DNA of 63,995 bases, the filler included, from Porpidia crustulata (Eukaryota), in assembly GCA_964255105.1 (NCBI GenBank). It is 3 parts of 3 records of this genome, joined end to end, with 100 filler letters (N's around TTAATTAATTAA, not from the genome) between each part and the next. Parts side by side here need not be neighbours in the genome. Positions count along the whole stretch, not along the records: positions 1 to 21,749 come from CAXUWE010000097.1; 2 more parts are not named here. One strand, written 5' to 3'. The translations under genes and the position numbers were made by a program. The notes beneath the pieces are model-generated. The model was given only the letters and a program-made list of their open reading frames with translations. It had not been told where the DNA came from and ran no database searches. Positions 1-12,300 of this stretch are shown one piece after another (positions within the stretch are counted from its first letter, which is position 1; each line of letters starts with the position of its first letter).

Positions 1-638
1 CATTGGCGGAGTATCCCGGTGTAGAGTTTCGACCTCAATTCAGCTCTAAAACATTCGAGATACTTACTGGCTTTACAATTCCGAGCACTCTTCATATGAC
101 TGACAGATATTCAGCTTTACTGCAATGATGATCGATGGATCGGATATTAGCCGAGTTATTGTAGATTTTCTCATCCGTGAGGTATTACAAAGTCGGAGGA
201 GTGGAAGGTATTTTTACCAGGCAATACAAAGCTGTCATGGTTTAGGGCCCAGTCTGAAATTGGTTTGGGGAGGCCCGAAGGTCACCATTGATAGTCGTGA
301 TAATGAAATCGTTAGCGCCGCGCGAATATCTTATCATCCTCGGTCACCCGCGGCACAACAATACTCTCATTATCTCCGCTAGAAAGATCATCTCTACCAG
401 CACTGCCAAAGTTGGCACCGTAACCATCACTACCAATTCTTCATCAGTCATACTGGTACTCTAAGTACGATCAGAGTCCCCAAGCGATAATGGCAGGGAG
501 AAGTGGGATGCACTTGAAGTGCAAGTCTTCTACCTCACGCTACCATCCCCGCCCCAATAAACTTCATTGCCAAAGAAAACGCCTGCTGCTAATATCGTGT
601 CCTTGCCTTTATTGTGTCAATACTCTGTTCTCCCCATC

Positions 639-1702
639 TTACCTCCTACTAACAGGTCCATCATACAGCCTCCGTCTTCGGTTCAATATTGCGATCCCCC
701 ATAGCCATAGGGTTGGATACGTCTTTAAAGATCGGCCCTGGATGCGCAATAGCAAGGCAGAATACCGCAACGATGATCATTCTAACAAACTTGTCAGCAC
801 GCGCTCGTCTAATGTTGAGCCGACAACGATTGAGAGGGAGACACCTACACTCCTTCTAAGCCAAGGAAGAGCGGTTCATTATGTATCAATGGCCCATTAT
901 ACCCATCACTCAACTCATCGATTCGATACGCACACCGTATCAAAATCAGCAGGATGGCCAGGGCGAGGAAGCTGGAGAAGATCTTGAATCGCCCGGAGAG
1001 CTGTGTTTGGCTCTTCGAAGCTTTGACGTATCGTGATACGTATTCGGCCACCAAGGCAATGAAGATGCACAGTGTGAACACTTGGAAGGCGAGACCACCG
1101 ATGGAGACGTCGACGGCGGCTTTGGAACCGCCACCGGAGCCTGAGGAAAGAGCACCGCCGGCAGCTTGCAGGACGAGGGATAGGATATCGCAGGGGATGA
1201 AAACCCATAGGTAGAATTTTGGTGAGAATCGGGAGTATTGGGGACCAAGGTAAATGACTCTGGAGCCCATGTCAGCTATGTTACAGCAATCTCGCAACGG
1301 TCGCTGGAACTCTTACATCTTGTACAAGGTCAAGTATATTGCGGCTGTGAACCATGTCGGTCCGAGCGTGAGGCAGATGATTTGCATAAGAAAGCCGCTG
1401 AAGCTGAATGGATTCTGGTGAAGCATGATTCGTCCTCCGTATCCGATCACTTCGGCGACGATGCCCCAAAAGATGGTGGATGAAAAGAACCATGTCTTCC
1501 ATTTGAGTCCCATCAGAACGTGGATGATGAGCGCAATGATATAGAGGACCATAAAGGTTACATTGGCTGCAAGCGATGGGATGTATTGGTAGACGCCGTA
1601 CTTGGGGTCACAATAGTCGGGTCCGGCTTTCAATGTGCAGTTCGCGTCGCCTCCGTAGGCGATGAGACCGCGCAGCTTGGGATTCGTAGTTGGCATCTCC
1701 AT
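639..1702 (-). CDS. RTA1-family (lipid-translocating exporter, Rsb1/Rta1-like) 7-TM membrane protein; 3 exons (1702-1317, 1259-849, 781-639)
   Basis: ORFs 1313..1702 and 845..1297 are joined by a GTAAGA...CCAG intron. Family motifs EVIGYGGR, AAIYLTL, CDILSLVLQAAGG, LILIRCAYRIDEL and C-terminal HPG follow a second GTAGGT...TTAG intron; stop TAA at 641-639. Confidence 0.9.
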
Positions 1703-2447
1703 CCTGAAAGATTTTTAAATGTTGGCGATACCTAGGAGAGCTGAGGAATGGAGAATGGAGACCAGAAGAGCTAGCTGCTGGAATAGGATGTAAGGGAAGA
1801 TAGTCGAAAGAAGGATTGACACTAGGTCGAGAGATGTAAACTGGACAACCAATGTGGAATATCTTATTGAAGTGTTGTTGTCAACTTACTCGTACTCGTA
1901 ATGATAGATGGCGGAGTGCGAGATAGTCGTGATAAGGTATTGCAGGTGCAGAATGCGTTAACATCGACAGCGGCGCCTCCATGTCCACGATGGCAAAAGG
2001 ATCCAATCAGACCCTCGACATCGGACAGGATTGTGAAACGGCAATATAAAAGCATACAGGCAATTACTTCTGACGCTGAATGTGGAAGATTCCTCCAATT
2101 GGACGCGCACAAGGTGGACGAGGCAGCGAGCCTGCGGGAGAATATCGTACCGTCTATGACGTATTTTGCAGTAACTCCGTCTTCCAACGGAGATATATAT
2201 GCTTTGTGATCTGGCCGAATTTCATCATATGGTGGAGTTGTCGCTTCATTCATGACTTACGGACGTAACTGTCTAATGGTTCACAACAATCGGTCGCGTA
2301 ACAATCTACAGTCAGGTAGGCCATCTCAACTTTAGGTCAGAGTCTAAATGCTGATCTATTCAATGCAAGGGTACCCCATCTCATCCGACTACTCCGCTTC
2401 GTGTCGTTTCTATCGTCTACTGTGTTGGGAATGAAAACAGCACATGT

Positions 2448-4808
2448 CTAAAAAGCGCCTTTTTCTCCCAAAGACGTAGTCCTAGAGGTCATCATCCGGG
2501 TTTGAAGTTCATCCCAATCCTCTTGATTCCAGTTCATAAGATTGCCATCAAACAAAAATTCGGGAGGATGTAAGCTGAGGGAATCCTCGAGGTCATTCCC
2601 AATCATCGGCAGCAAGTGTTGGTTATCTGAGATTGGAGGGAATCCATCTGAGACTAGACTTCCCGACCATGGATCACTTCCCGATACTCGTAGCGGCGGA
2701 TCACTGCTACGCCGCTCAAAGCACTGTCTGGCACTTTTGAGGCTCTTTTTTACCATGGACAATGTTGGAACGACACGGAATAGCGAGTGCTTCGAAATGT
2801 TGTGCAGGTCCCGTGCAAGTTCTGCAAGTTCGGCTTGCCTCCCGATCATTCTCTCCTGATCCTCGAGTGAGCCGGCCATGGAGCGAGTGAAGAGCTCATG
2901 AAGTGCCCTACTGCACGTGTCGAGACCTAAAACTGCCATTTGTGGATTAGGAGACTCCGGAGAGTCGATGAGGACACTATGGGCTTCAGCTGGTTGGTCT
3001 AGGCTGCGTAAGCTATCCTTGAATACGGTAATGAAGCGGATAGCATCATTCAAAGTTGTTTTCGTGACTCGACTCGCTGATGCTCCTGGACTGGGTCGAG
3101 GAAATAGGAGATGGATTATCAGTATCCGATAAACCGACAGAGTGAAGATTTCTGAAGGATGGCTCCCCATTTGATTCTGGAATTTATCGAGGCCATCGGC
3201 CAAGATATCCCGGATCCTCCGACAGACGTCCGACAGGTTGTTGGGGCTTTCAAGAAGATGACGGAGTCGCGGTAAAGTTTGCGATACCCAACCACACGCC
3301 GGATTGGCGGTCGTCGCAATAGTGTGACGCGGATAGAGGGCATAAATGGATTCGATGGTAGAGGCAATATGGCTTAATGGCCACAGCTCAAGCATTGCTC
3401 TCTCCTGCGCTCCAAGTGTAGCAACGTTGCCAGATTCCTTATCTAAGGTAAGGACTGCCGAGGAAAATTCGTCTAGTGGTGGATATTTGACTTCAACTTC
3501 TAATGTCATTGGGTCAAGGAATGGTATGTCCATCTGCAACGCAGCCCACAATTCAAGTGCAAAGGTAAGCCAGTACATCCTTTGGCATAATTCCAATTCA
3601 ACCCTACCCACATCGACGCCATTAATCCAGTCAATCTCCGTCCTCGGCTCCTCATTGAGACGAGTATGGAAGTCGATTATTGCTACTCGCGCCACCTCCA
3701 AATAACAATAACCTCGTCGTGCCCGAGATAGGCATAGTTCGTGCCAACCAACCAGGATCAACGTCTGTATTAAGGGTAACGGTAAAGAACCTGCTTTCCG
3801 ATGGCATAGGCGGGATTGAACCCATTGAAATAACTTCTGTCCCGGATTGGATCCTGCTTCGTTGAAAGTAAAACTCGCACTAGCGAGTATTACTGCGAGG
3901 AGAGTTTCGTCGTGAGTGCCACTGCGGTATCCGTGAAGAAGTAAGGTTTTCGATACGATGAACGACAAAGGGTGGTGGAAGAACCATAGCTCAATCATTT
4001 GACAGACCTGATGATCATTGTACTTGGGAGGTGTTTCCACTTGCGTATGCGCATCAAACATGGTAACGCTTCTGTCTTGTGCGAGACTTGAGGCGAAGTA
4101 TGGAGTAAGAGTCTCATCGCGATGGCAAAGACCGAGAGAGCCGAAGCGAGCCGAGACTAATTCTACAAGTCCAGGAACAAGACCGAAAAATAATTTCTCA
4201 TAAGTCACTGTCATGGTTGTTGCATTTGCAAAGCCTGCCTGAGAATCTGGTGCAGCAGTATTCTTAAACATTCGTCCCCGGCTTAGTCTTTCGGATTCTG
4301 TTAGTGGCATCTTGCCATCGAGCATTGGCTCTTGTGGGGGGCAATCGAGGGAGATTCGGCGGAATGTGTGCTCCAATTCGGTGGAAATGAGATCGTCTTG
4401 CTTGAACATGCTTCCGCAAGATTTGGAAGGTACTCCAGCGCTTGCGGTGAGAGGTGTATGCCTTGAAGATTCTTTACGCAGTGGTGATCCAACATAGACC
4501 GGCAAAGGTCCGTCACTGGGATGATTCGGATTTTCGGGAAGCCGTTGGCCAGCCAGTTTCATGTTTTTTTGGGAAGAACTTCTCACTGAGGTAGAAGCTG
4601 ATGTCGAGCCTCGAGGACGGCCTTTGGAAGCTTCTCTCCCGTAAACGCAATCTAAGTTGCGCGCACGACAGGCTGCACAAATTCGCTGTCCAGAACACCG
4701 GATCTTGCGTAATCGACAAAAGTGGCAGCTTTTCCTTATGGCTGGAGACACGCCAGCGTCGACATTCTCCACAGCCATTTCGTCGGAATGAACGGGGAAC
4801 CCAGACAT
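2448..4808 (-). CDS. Zn(II)2Cys6 fungal transcription factor with fungal-specific TF middle domain, intronless; probable cluster regulator
   Basis: CHFCRLRKIRCSGQRICAACRARNLDC binuclear-cluster motif near the N-terminus; ELCQRMYWLTFALE middle-homology motif; first in-frame ATG at 4808 (alternative 4778). Confidence 0.92.
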   Translation of the reverse strand: MSGFPVHSDEMAVENVDAGVSPAIRKSCHFCRLRKIRCSGQRICAACRARNLDCVYGREASKGRPRGSTSASTSVRSSSQKNMKLAGQRLPENPNHPSDGPLPVYVGSPLRKESSRHTPLTASAGVPSKSCGSMFKQDDLISTELEHTFRRISLDCPPQEPMLDGKMPLTESERLSRGRMFKNTAAPDSQAGFANATTMTVTYEKLFFGLVPGLVELVSARFGSLGLCHRDETLTPYFASSLAQDRSVTMFDAHTQVETPPKYNDHQVCQMIELWFFHHPLSFIVSKTLLLHGYRSGTHDETLLAVILASASFTFNEAGSNPGQKLFQWVQSRLCHRKAGSLPLPLIQTLILVGWHELCLSRARRGYCYLEVARVAIIDFHTRLNEEPRTEIDWINGVDVGRVELELCQRMYWLTFALELWAALQMDIPFLDPMTLEVEVKYPPLDEFSSAVLTLDKESGNVATLGAQERAMLELWPLSHIASTIESIYALYPRHTIATTANPACGWVSQTLPRLRHLLESPNNLSDVCRRIRDILADGLDKFQNQMGSHPSEIFTLSVYRILIIHLLFPRPSPGASASRVTKTTLNDAIRFITVFKDSLRSLDQPAEAHSVLIDSPESPNPQMAVLGLDTCSRALHELFTRSMAGSLEDQERMIGRQAELAELARDLHNISKHSLFRVVPTLSMVKKSLKSARQCFERRSSDPPLRVSGSDPWSGSLVSDGFPPISDNQHLLPMIGNDLEDSLSLHPPEFLFDGNLMNWNQEDWDELQTRMMTSRTTSLGEKGAF

Positions 4809-5233
4809 TGCAGGTGGGAGGTAGGAGTACTTTGGAAGGGCCTTGAAGTACTTTGGACGCCTTTTTCTTCCGCGGATCCGAGATGCCAGTCCTGAGCCCA
4901 ACAACCATGCAAGGAGGGCCCACGCGACACCATGATGATGTGCCGTCCCTCACAAATCATGCCAGGCAATCTCTTTCGATATTGATAACCAAGCAGCGAT
5001 TGCCATGATGTCGGACAAGGGTTGGCAACAAGAGCCTCGATCGGAGAGCTAGTGGAGTAGTACAATAGTTTCAGCATCTCTTGGGTTCGTGCTAAGAGGC
5101 GAGATATAGTGCGATAATATCGGCGTCGGCTACAAGGGCTGTTTATGTTGAATGCACGTAAATACCTGCTGTCAGACTTACGGCAACTATACGAATAGTG
5201 CTCTATGTCATTGGGTCCCTCGGACGGGACCCT

Positions 5234-5251
5234 ATCGGCCGGGCCGCCGAT
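5234..5251. promoter_or_regulatory. Candidate Zn2Cys6 binding site: perfect inverted repeat ATCGGC-N6-GCCGAT (CGG-N8-CCG) in the divergent TF/PKS-NRPS intergenic region
   Basis: Sequence atcggc cgggcc gccgat, inside a CGG/CCG-dense patch (5221-5256). Zn2Cys6 proteins typically bind CGG repeats. Confidence 0.3.
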
Positions 5252-6342
5252 TCGGACATTTATTCGTCAGGGGGTATAAAAGTCATTGGACAGTTTGAAG
5301 CTAACACTTTTATCCAAAGTCGTCCAATGACTTTGGACGCCCCTGGTGGTTGTTGGTATCAGCTTAGTCAGATCAAGCTAGTCAATTGCACCTGCAACTC
5401 GCTATCACAACTCGAATGCAGACCCGCCTCATTCTCACATGAATCCGAATTCCATTAGCGAGAGCTGAGACAGTCTGTAACTGAGCTGATGAAGCTTATG
5501 GTAGTGGAGTTTTTGAGATGGCATGATCCAGGTCCCGAATGTATATTGATAGGTCAGCTTCCTAACTGATGTCCCAGAACCTTCCATATCACCATGTGCT
5601 TATCACACCATGCGGAATAGATTGCGAAGATCCCCAACAATTCGACACGGGATAATCAGGAGACATAGCGAGCTACTCCCACGATTTTAACCAACTTCAC
5701 GCACCTTCCTCCGTCCATCGATTGGAAGCTCTGCCAGCTAGCCACGTGTACGCTGTGCCACCCTAGAACAGCGATCTTCCAACGGCATTCAAGGCGTGGC
5801 ATCTTTTAAAGCGCTTGCACCTCTGTCCCAGGGCTATGACACGCCTAGTATTTTCAGCGGCCATGACAAAGCGAGAAGTAGCCGTTGAGACTGCTGCCTT
5901 TCTCGCAATCCTGGCTTTGACCACATGGCCGACAGGTCACGGAACATTTATCACGTCTCATGCTGCTGAAGCTTGATCAATCATCCCCTCCTTCACCTCT
6001 AGCTCCGCCCAACGACCTTGCAATCTCTCATTTTGTACCCAAGGATTCTCATTCTCCCATTTCCTTTTCGTCTTCCGTCTATTCTCGGATTTCATTTTAT
6101 GATGGGTTTCCATATGTCCGCTTGGTACTTCTTCTCCGTACCATGCTTGTCACCGTTTCCTTTCGGATGGATGAAGACTCCGCTCGTGGTCGGATGGCAT
6201 GTTTCAATGTGCTTAAAGCGCTTTTGTCATGTCGTCGTTAGTAGTGTCATGGAAAGAGCTTTATCACCACCAGGATACTTTAGCTCTGTTGTTTGGATCA
6301 ATTCACAGTCTTTTGATAATATATGTAAATTATTTGTAAACT

Positions 6343-9300
6343 ATGGCATCAGAAATTGGAACTCCCATGATGGTAGCAGCTACTTTTTCCCCTTTGAGCA
6401 GCAATGATGCAAGTGGGATACAGTCGCCTCGTGATTCAGAATCAAGCCAATCTTCGCTGGATTCTGGCGATGAGGCTCCAGTTATTCCAAATACTCCCAC
6501 GGTGGCAGACCCTTCGGTCATTGTCGGAATGGCTTGCCGCTTTCCCGGTGCCACCAGCGTTAGCAAGCTCTGGGAGGTTGTTGCCGAAAAGAATGACCTT
6601 CAGAGAAAAATGCCTGAAGATCGATTCAACGTGGATGCTTTCTACCATCCGCAAGGGACGAACAAGGGAACGGTAAATATTCCACCCAACTTCTTCAACA
6701 GTACTAATGATCTCAAGACCAATGCAAAATATGGTTACTTCCTCGATCAAGGCCTCGACGAATTCGACAATGAGTTTTTCCGCATCTCTGGAAAGGAGGC
6801 GGCGGCAATGGACCCTCAACAGCGACTTCTCTTAGAAGTCGTATACGAGGCTCTCGAAGATGGTAAGTCCCTATGAAGTCAGGAAATTAATGTGAACACC
6901 TTGAGCTTATAGAGAAAGCGGGCATCACTCTCGATGAGATCAGTGGAACGCAGACATCTGTCTTCTGTGGATCGTTTACCAATGACTATAACGCGATGAC
7001 AACAAAGGATCTTGCGCAATACCCAAAATATACTGTGACCGGCAATGGCAACGCTATTCTATCGAATAGAATATCATATTGCTACAACCTTCACGGGCCA
7101 AGCTTGACTCTTGACACAGCTTGTTCTTCATCACTGTATGTCCTTTTCAAGATCACTCCTTTCCCGACGGTATTGCGATTATGGAGACGAGAAATTGTCT
7201 GCCGAAAAAGATCTTTTGTTCTATTTATGAAATTGCCCTGTACCTTTTATGCTCATCATTGAAGACACCTGCTAACACTCAATGTCTTACTAGTGTCTGT
7301 TTTCATCTTGGTAACAAATCCCTACAAAACGGAGATGCTGAGATCGCAATCATAGCAGGATCTGCACTCCATTTTGATCCTAATATTTATATAACGATGA
7401 CTGACTTTGGGATGCTATCGACTGACGGTCGATGCCGTACATTCGATGCCAAAGGTAGCGGATACGTTCGGGGTGAAGGTGTCTCGGCTGTCATTCTAAA
7501 GAAGAAAAGTAGCGCAGAGCTGGCCGGAGATGAGATCAAATCGATTGTTCGTGGGACTGGCTCAAACCACGATGGCCTGAAAGATGGTCTGATGTTACCG
7601 AATGGAAAGGCACAAGCAGCACTTCTGCGACAGACATACAAGAATGCCGGGCTTTCGACAGCTGACACGGGCTATTTCGAGGTAAAACTCCCTGCTTCAA
7701 ATTCTCCAATACAAATTATTAGCTGCTAACATTTTTGAAGGCCCATGGGACTGGCACACCAGCGGGAGATCCTCTAGAAGCTAACGCCATAGGTAGCGTC
7801 TTCGCGCCAGATCGTGACCATCCACTGTACGTGGGTTCAATCAAGTCAAACTTAGGGCATCTCGAAGGCGCATCGGGCCTGGCTGGTATTATCAAGGCAA
7901 CTTTGAGCGTCAATGCAGGCAAGATCTTGCCAAATATGCATTTCGATACACCAAACCCAGTAATTGACTTCAAGAAATTGAAGATCGAAGTACCTACGGA
8001 GCTTATCGATTGGAAAACTGAGACCGGCGTGCGTCGAGCGAGCGTGAATTCTTTCGGATATGGTGGAAGCAACGCACATGTCATACTCGAGAATTATCGC
8101 CCCAAGCCGCGAGGAATGCTTGAAATCAAACCGTCGGACAAATTGCAAGTCAACAGGAGACCTTTCCTTGTACCATTGACATCCCACTCCAACGAGGCCG
8201 CCAAGCTTCTAATTTCAAGCATTAGCGACTACGTGCAGAGGAATCCTTTCGTAGAGACCGTCGATCTCTCATACAGTTTGAGCTTCAGACGTTCCATGCA
8301 CCGATATCGCTCGTTTGCTATTGGAAGCGACGCTGAATCCATATTGCAAGACCTTGCCAGCCAGAAGCCTACAGCTAAGTGGACCAAAGCCTTAGAAGGT
8401 AGCCCGAAGATCGGATTTGTCTTCACCGGTCAAGGAGCTCAATGGTACGCGATGGGAAGACAACTCATAGAGCAGTCATCAATGTTCAGACAGACAATAG
8501 AGAAATGTGATACGGTTCTACAGCGCCTTCCTGATTCGCCAGATTGGTCGTGTGTGGAGGAGCTTCTGAGATCTACCAAAGATTCCCGACTGACCCAGAG
8601 CCGTTTCTCACAACCTCTCTGTGCTGCTTTGCAGCTGGGAATCGTTGACCTTCTGCGAGCTTGGGGAATTGAACCTTCTGCTGTTGTTGGCCATTCCTCT
8701 GGTGAAATTGTTGCCGCGTATGCTGCAGGATCCCTTTCTTTTGAAAACTCAATTATATGTGCATACTATCGGGGACTGTACATGTCGAAAGGGACTGGAA
8801 TAGCAGCTACAGTCAGAGGAGCTATGATGGCCATAGGAATGACAGAAACCGAAGGCAGAGCCGAGCTGAAAGCATTTGAAGGACGCATAGCCCTGGCGGC
8901 TATCAACAGTCCATCCAGCCTCACATTATCTGGAGATGAGGATGCTATTATTGAGCTACAAGAAGCCCTCGAACGCAGAAAAGTTTTCACCCGCAAGCTA
9001 AAAGTTGAACAAGCATTCCATTCCCATCACATGGAGCCTCTCGCACCTGCATTTGAGCGGGCTTTATCCAATACACCAGGTTTCCGAAGTCAGGATGCCT
9101 TGATAAAGTTCTTCTCCAGTGTGACCGCCCGCGATTCCAGCGCCAGGAAAATGGATGCTGCCTACTGGGCAGCCAACATGACTGGCGTTGTTCTATTCTC
9201 CGATGCTCTGACAGGCCTCCTTCTGGACGGCAATGACGAGCAGGATGTTGATGTGCTTGTTGAGATAGGTGCACATCCAGCGATGAAAGGTCCTTCGAAT

Positions 9301-12300
9301 CAAATTATGAAGGCTTTGGGTGTGACAGTCCCTTACATTGCTTCGTTGACTAGAGAAGCGCCGGCATTTGAAAGCCTTCTTGCGACTGCGGGACAGTTAT
9401 TTTCTCTTGGATACCCTGTAGATCTGGCCGCAGTGAACAGCAGCCTCTCCATTGATAGTATGGGCAGGACCAGTCAAGTAGCAATTGGGCGAAAACTTCA
9501 AGACCTTCCGACATACTCATGGCATCACGGAAAGTTCTGGTCAGAGACACGGACAATCAAAGAGAATAGACTACGTACGCACCGTCATTCGTTATTGGGG
9601 GCTCCCATCCCTGGAGGACTAGGATATCATCCTCGATGGAGAAATTATCTCCGTCATGCAGAGATTCCGTGGCTGTCGCAACATGTGGTAGATGGAAAAG
9701 TGATTTTCCCCGCTGCAGGCTACATCAGTATGGCCATTGAAGCTATCGTTACACTTTCCCCGACGTTTAAGAATCTTGTTCTTCGGGATGTTGTTGTCAA
9801 ATCTGCGCTGGTAATCTCTGGCACTGACGCTGGCACGGAGATGATCACCGAACTGCAGCCACTTCCAACTTCTGCAAAGAACTCATCAAGCACATGGTAC
9901 CGATTTGCTTTATGCTCTTTTGATGAGAGTTATAAAACTGTTGAGCACTGCCATGGACTGATATGCGCGGAGAAGGGTGAGCCGGCTGCAGTTGCAAGCT
10001 TGGATGAATCTAGAAATGGATTTTCCCAAATGCAAAAAGCCACCAACCGCTGTAGACCGCCAGTACCATATTATCAACAGCTGAAGAAGATGGGAATCGA
10101 CTACAGCCAGGATTTCCAACTTATTTCCGGTGATATTGAGAGTGGGCCAGGATTCGCAATGGCTCCACTCACATTCTACCCTGCGAATGTCATTAGCACA
10201 CCTGCTGATGAGTGCATACTGCACCCGACGTTCTTGGATGCCTCTTTTCATACCATATTTGCTGCAATAGAGACGACGCAAGCGGGAAAATCTTTGGACG
10301 AAACCTTCGTCCCAACCTTCATCCGATCGATGACCGTATCTGGCCTGCTGAACAACAAAAAGTCCGATTTAGGGCGGCAAGATTTTTGGGTGAAAACAGA
10401 AACGGTTCTCCCTGGATCTCGCACTGCCATCAATCACTTGTCTATTCAATCCGATCGCTCGAACCAAGTTCTGGTCGACATGTCAGGATTCGAGGTCACT
10501 GCTCTTGGAAACGTATCATCAGACGATCAAGCTAAGCGCTCGCTGTTTTTCCAGATTAGGTGGCTCCCAGCGTTTGACTGTCTTGGAAGGAATAAACATC
10601 TGCCCTCCTTTGACAATATAGCAGGAGTATTGGATGTTTTTTGTCATCAATTTCCAAACTCCAAAATACTTCATCTCACTTCTAGTCTCGACATTACTCG
10701 AGAATGTCTCCGTTACTTGGGAGGGCACCAAAACGAGCGCCGTCGATTCCAGAGCATCACACCCTATTCGCAATCAATGTCTTTCCTAGAGTCAAGGCAG
10801 CACCTAGTCGATGAATGGGCTAGGCTCGTCGATTTTGAGGAGCCCAAGGCGGACTATTATGACCTTATTGTCATCAGTGAACCTGTCGAAGATCATGTAC
10901 TAGACTTCCTCAAGACGGATGGTTTCGTAGTCAGCGACAGGGTGGACTTCAATCCTCGCGGCTTGGCTGATGTTTTCCGGGGCCCTAGATACAGCTCATA
11001 TCAGAAGTCTACGCCTCGACCGATCTCCAAAGAAAGCTTGACCTTGCTGGTCTCTCCCACAACCTCTGACTCTACTGTGGCACTCGCTTCGGTAATTGAA
11101 TCACAATATCAGGGTAAAGTTACAAAGCTGATAATCACTGATATGCTGAAGTCGCCTCCCTCAAGCCAGAACATCATCTCGCTTGTAAGTCTTGATGAGG
11201 ATATGTTCTTTGAATCATCTGTAGATGATTTAGATAGGTACCACGCAGTCCAAGCTCTGCTAAAAAGAACAGATACAACTATATTGTGGATTCTAAATGG
11301 GGCGAGCCATGAAAGCTCAAATCCGGCCCAAGCCATGTTCTTGGGTCTTGCAAGAACAGTCCGAAGTGAGAATGAGGACATGAGATTCTTGACTCTCGAT
11401 CTCCCTTACGAGTATGATGTTGAGAGCAGCGGCAAAAAGGCTGTCGAGCTTTTCGGCAGTTCATTTACAGAGGACGAGTTCGCTGAGCGTGACGGCATTC
11501 TGCAAATTCCACGAATAGAAGTTGACGACGTACTGAACAGGAAATTGCCAAACGGAGGTCATCGACAACCTCGACTTGAACAATTCAGTCAGAATCGAAA
11601 TCTTGCCTTGAAGATCGGAAGAGTTGGTCTGCTAGACACTTTGGTATTTGAAGATGATGAATTTACTATGGACTCTCACCTGGACGATGATGACGTCGAA
11701 GTAAAGGTCAAAGCCTCAGCTCTCAATTTTAGGGACATCGCAGCTTCGATGGGTATCATTGACGATTATCGCTTAGGCGATGAATGCGCCGGCGTGGTCA
11801 CCCGTATCGGACGTAATGTGAAGGAAGAGGAATTTCGGCCAGGAGACCGCGTGCTAGCCTTTAGACCAGGACAAGGTTCTCATCGGTCAATTGTCAGGAA
11901 CCCTGCCATTCTTTGCCAGAAGATAGGAAATATGGACTTTGTGACTGCAACATGCATTGAATCGGTCCTTACCACTGCCTATTACTCTCTGATTGACACC
12001 GCAAGGCTACAACCAGGCGAATACTGTCTCATCCATTCGGCGGCTGGAGGTGTCGGACAGATGGCTATCCAAATTGCGCAGATGGTGGGTGCGAAAGTTA
12101 TCGCAACAATCGGTTCTCAGAGCAAACGAGACTTTTTGAAGGAAAAGTTTGGCTTAGAGGATGGAATGATCTTCAATTCCCGCGATTCGTCTTTTGTTGA
12201 GGGCGTGATGAAGGTTACTGGCGGGAGAGGCTGCGATGTTGCTCTAAATCAATTAGCAGGAGAGCTCCTCCATGCCACGTGGAGCTGTGTTGCACCATTC

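Noticed and set aside
1..630. Short ORFs 125..382 and 490..987
   Set aside because: No recognisable motifs; the second overlaps RTA1 in antisense.
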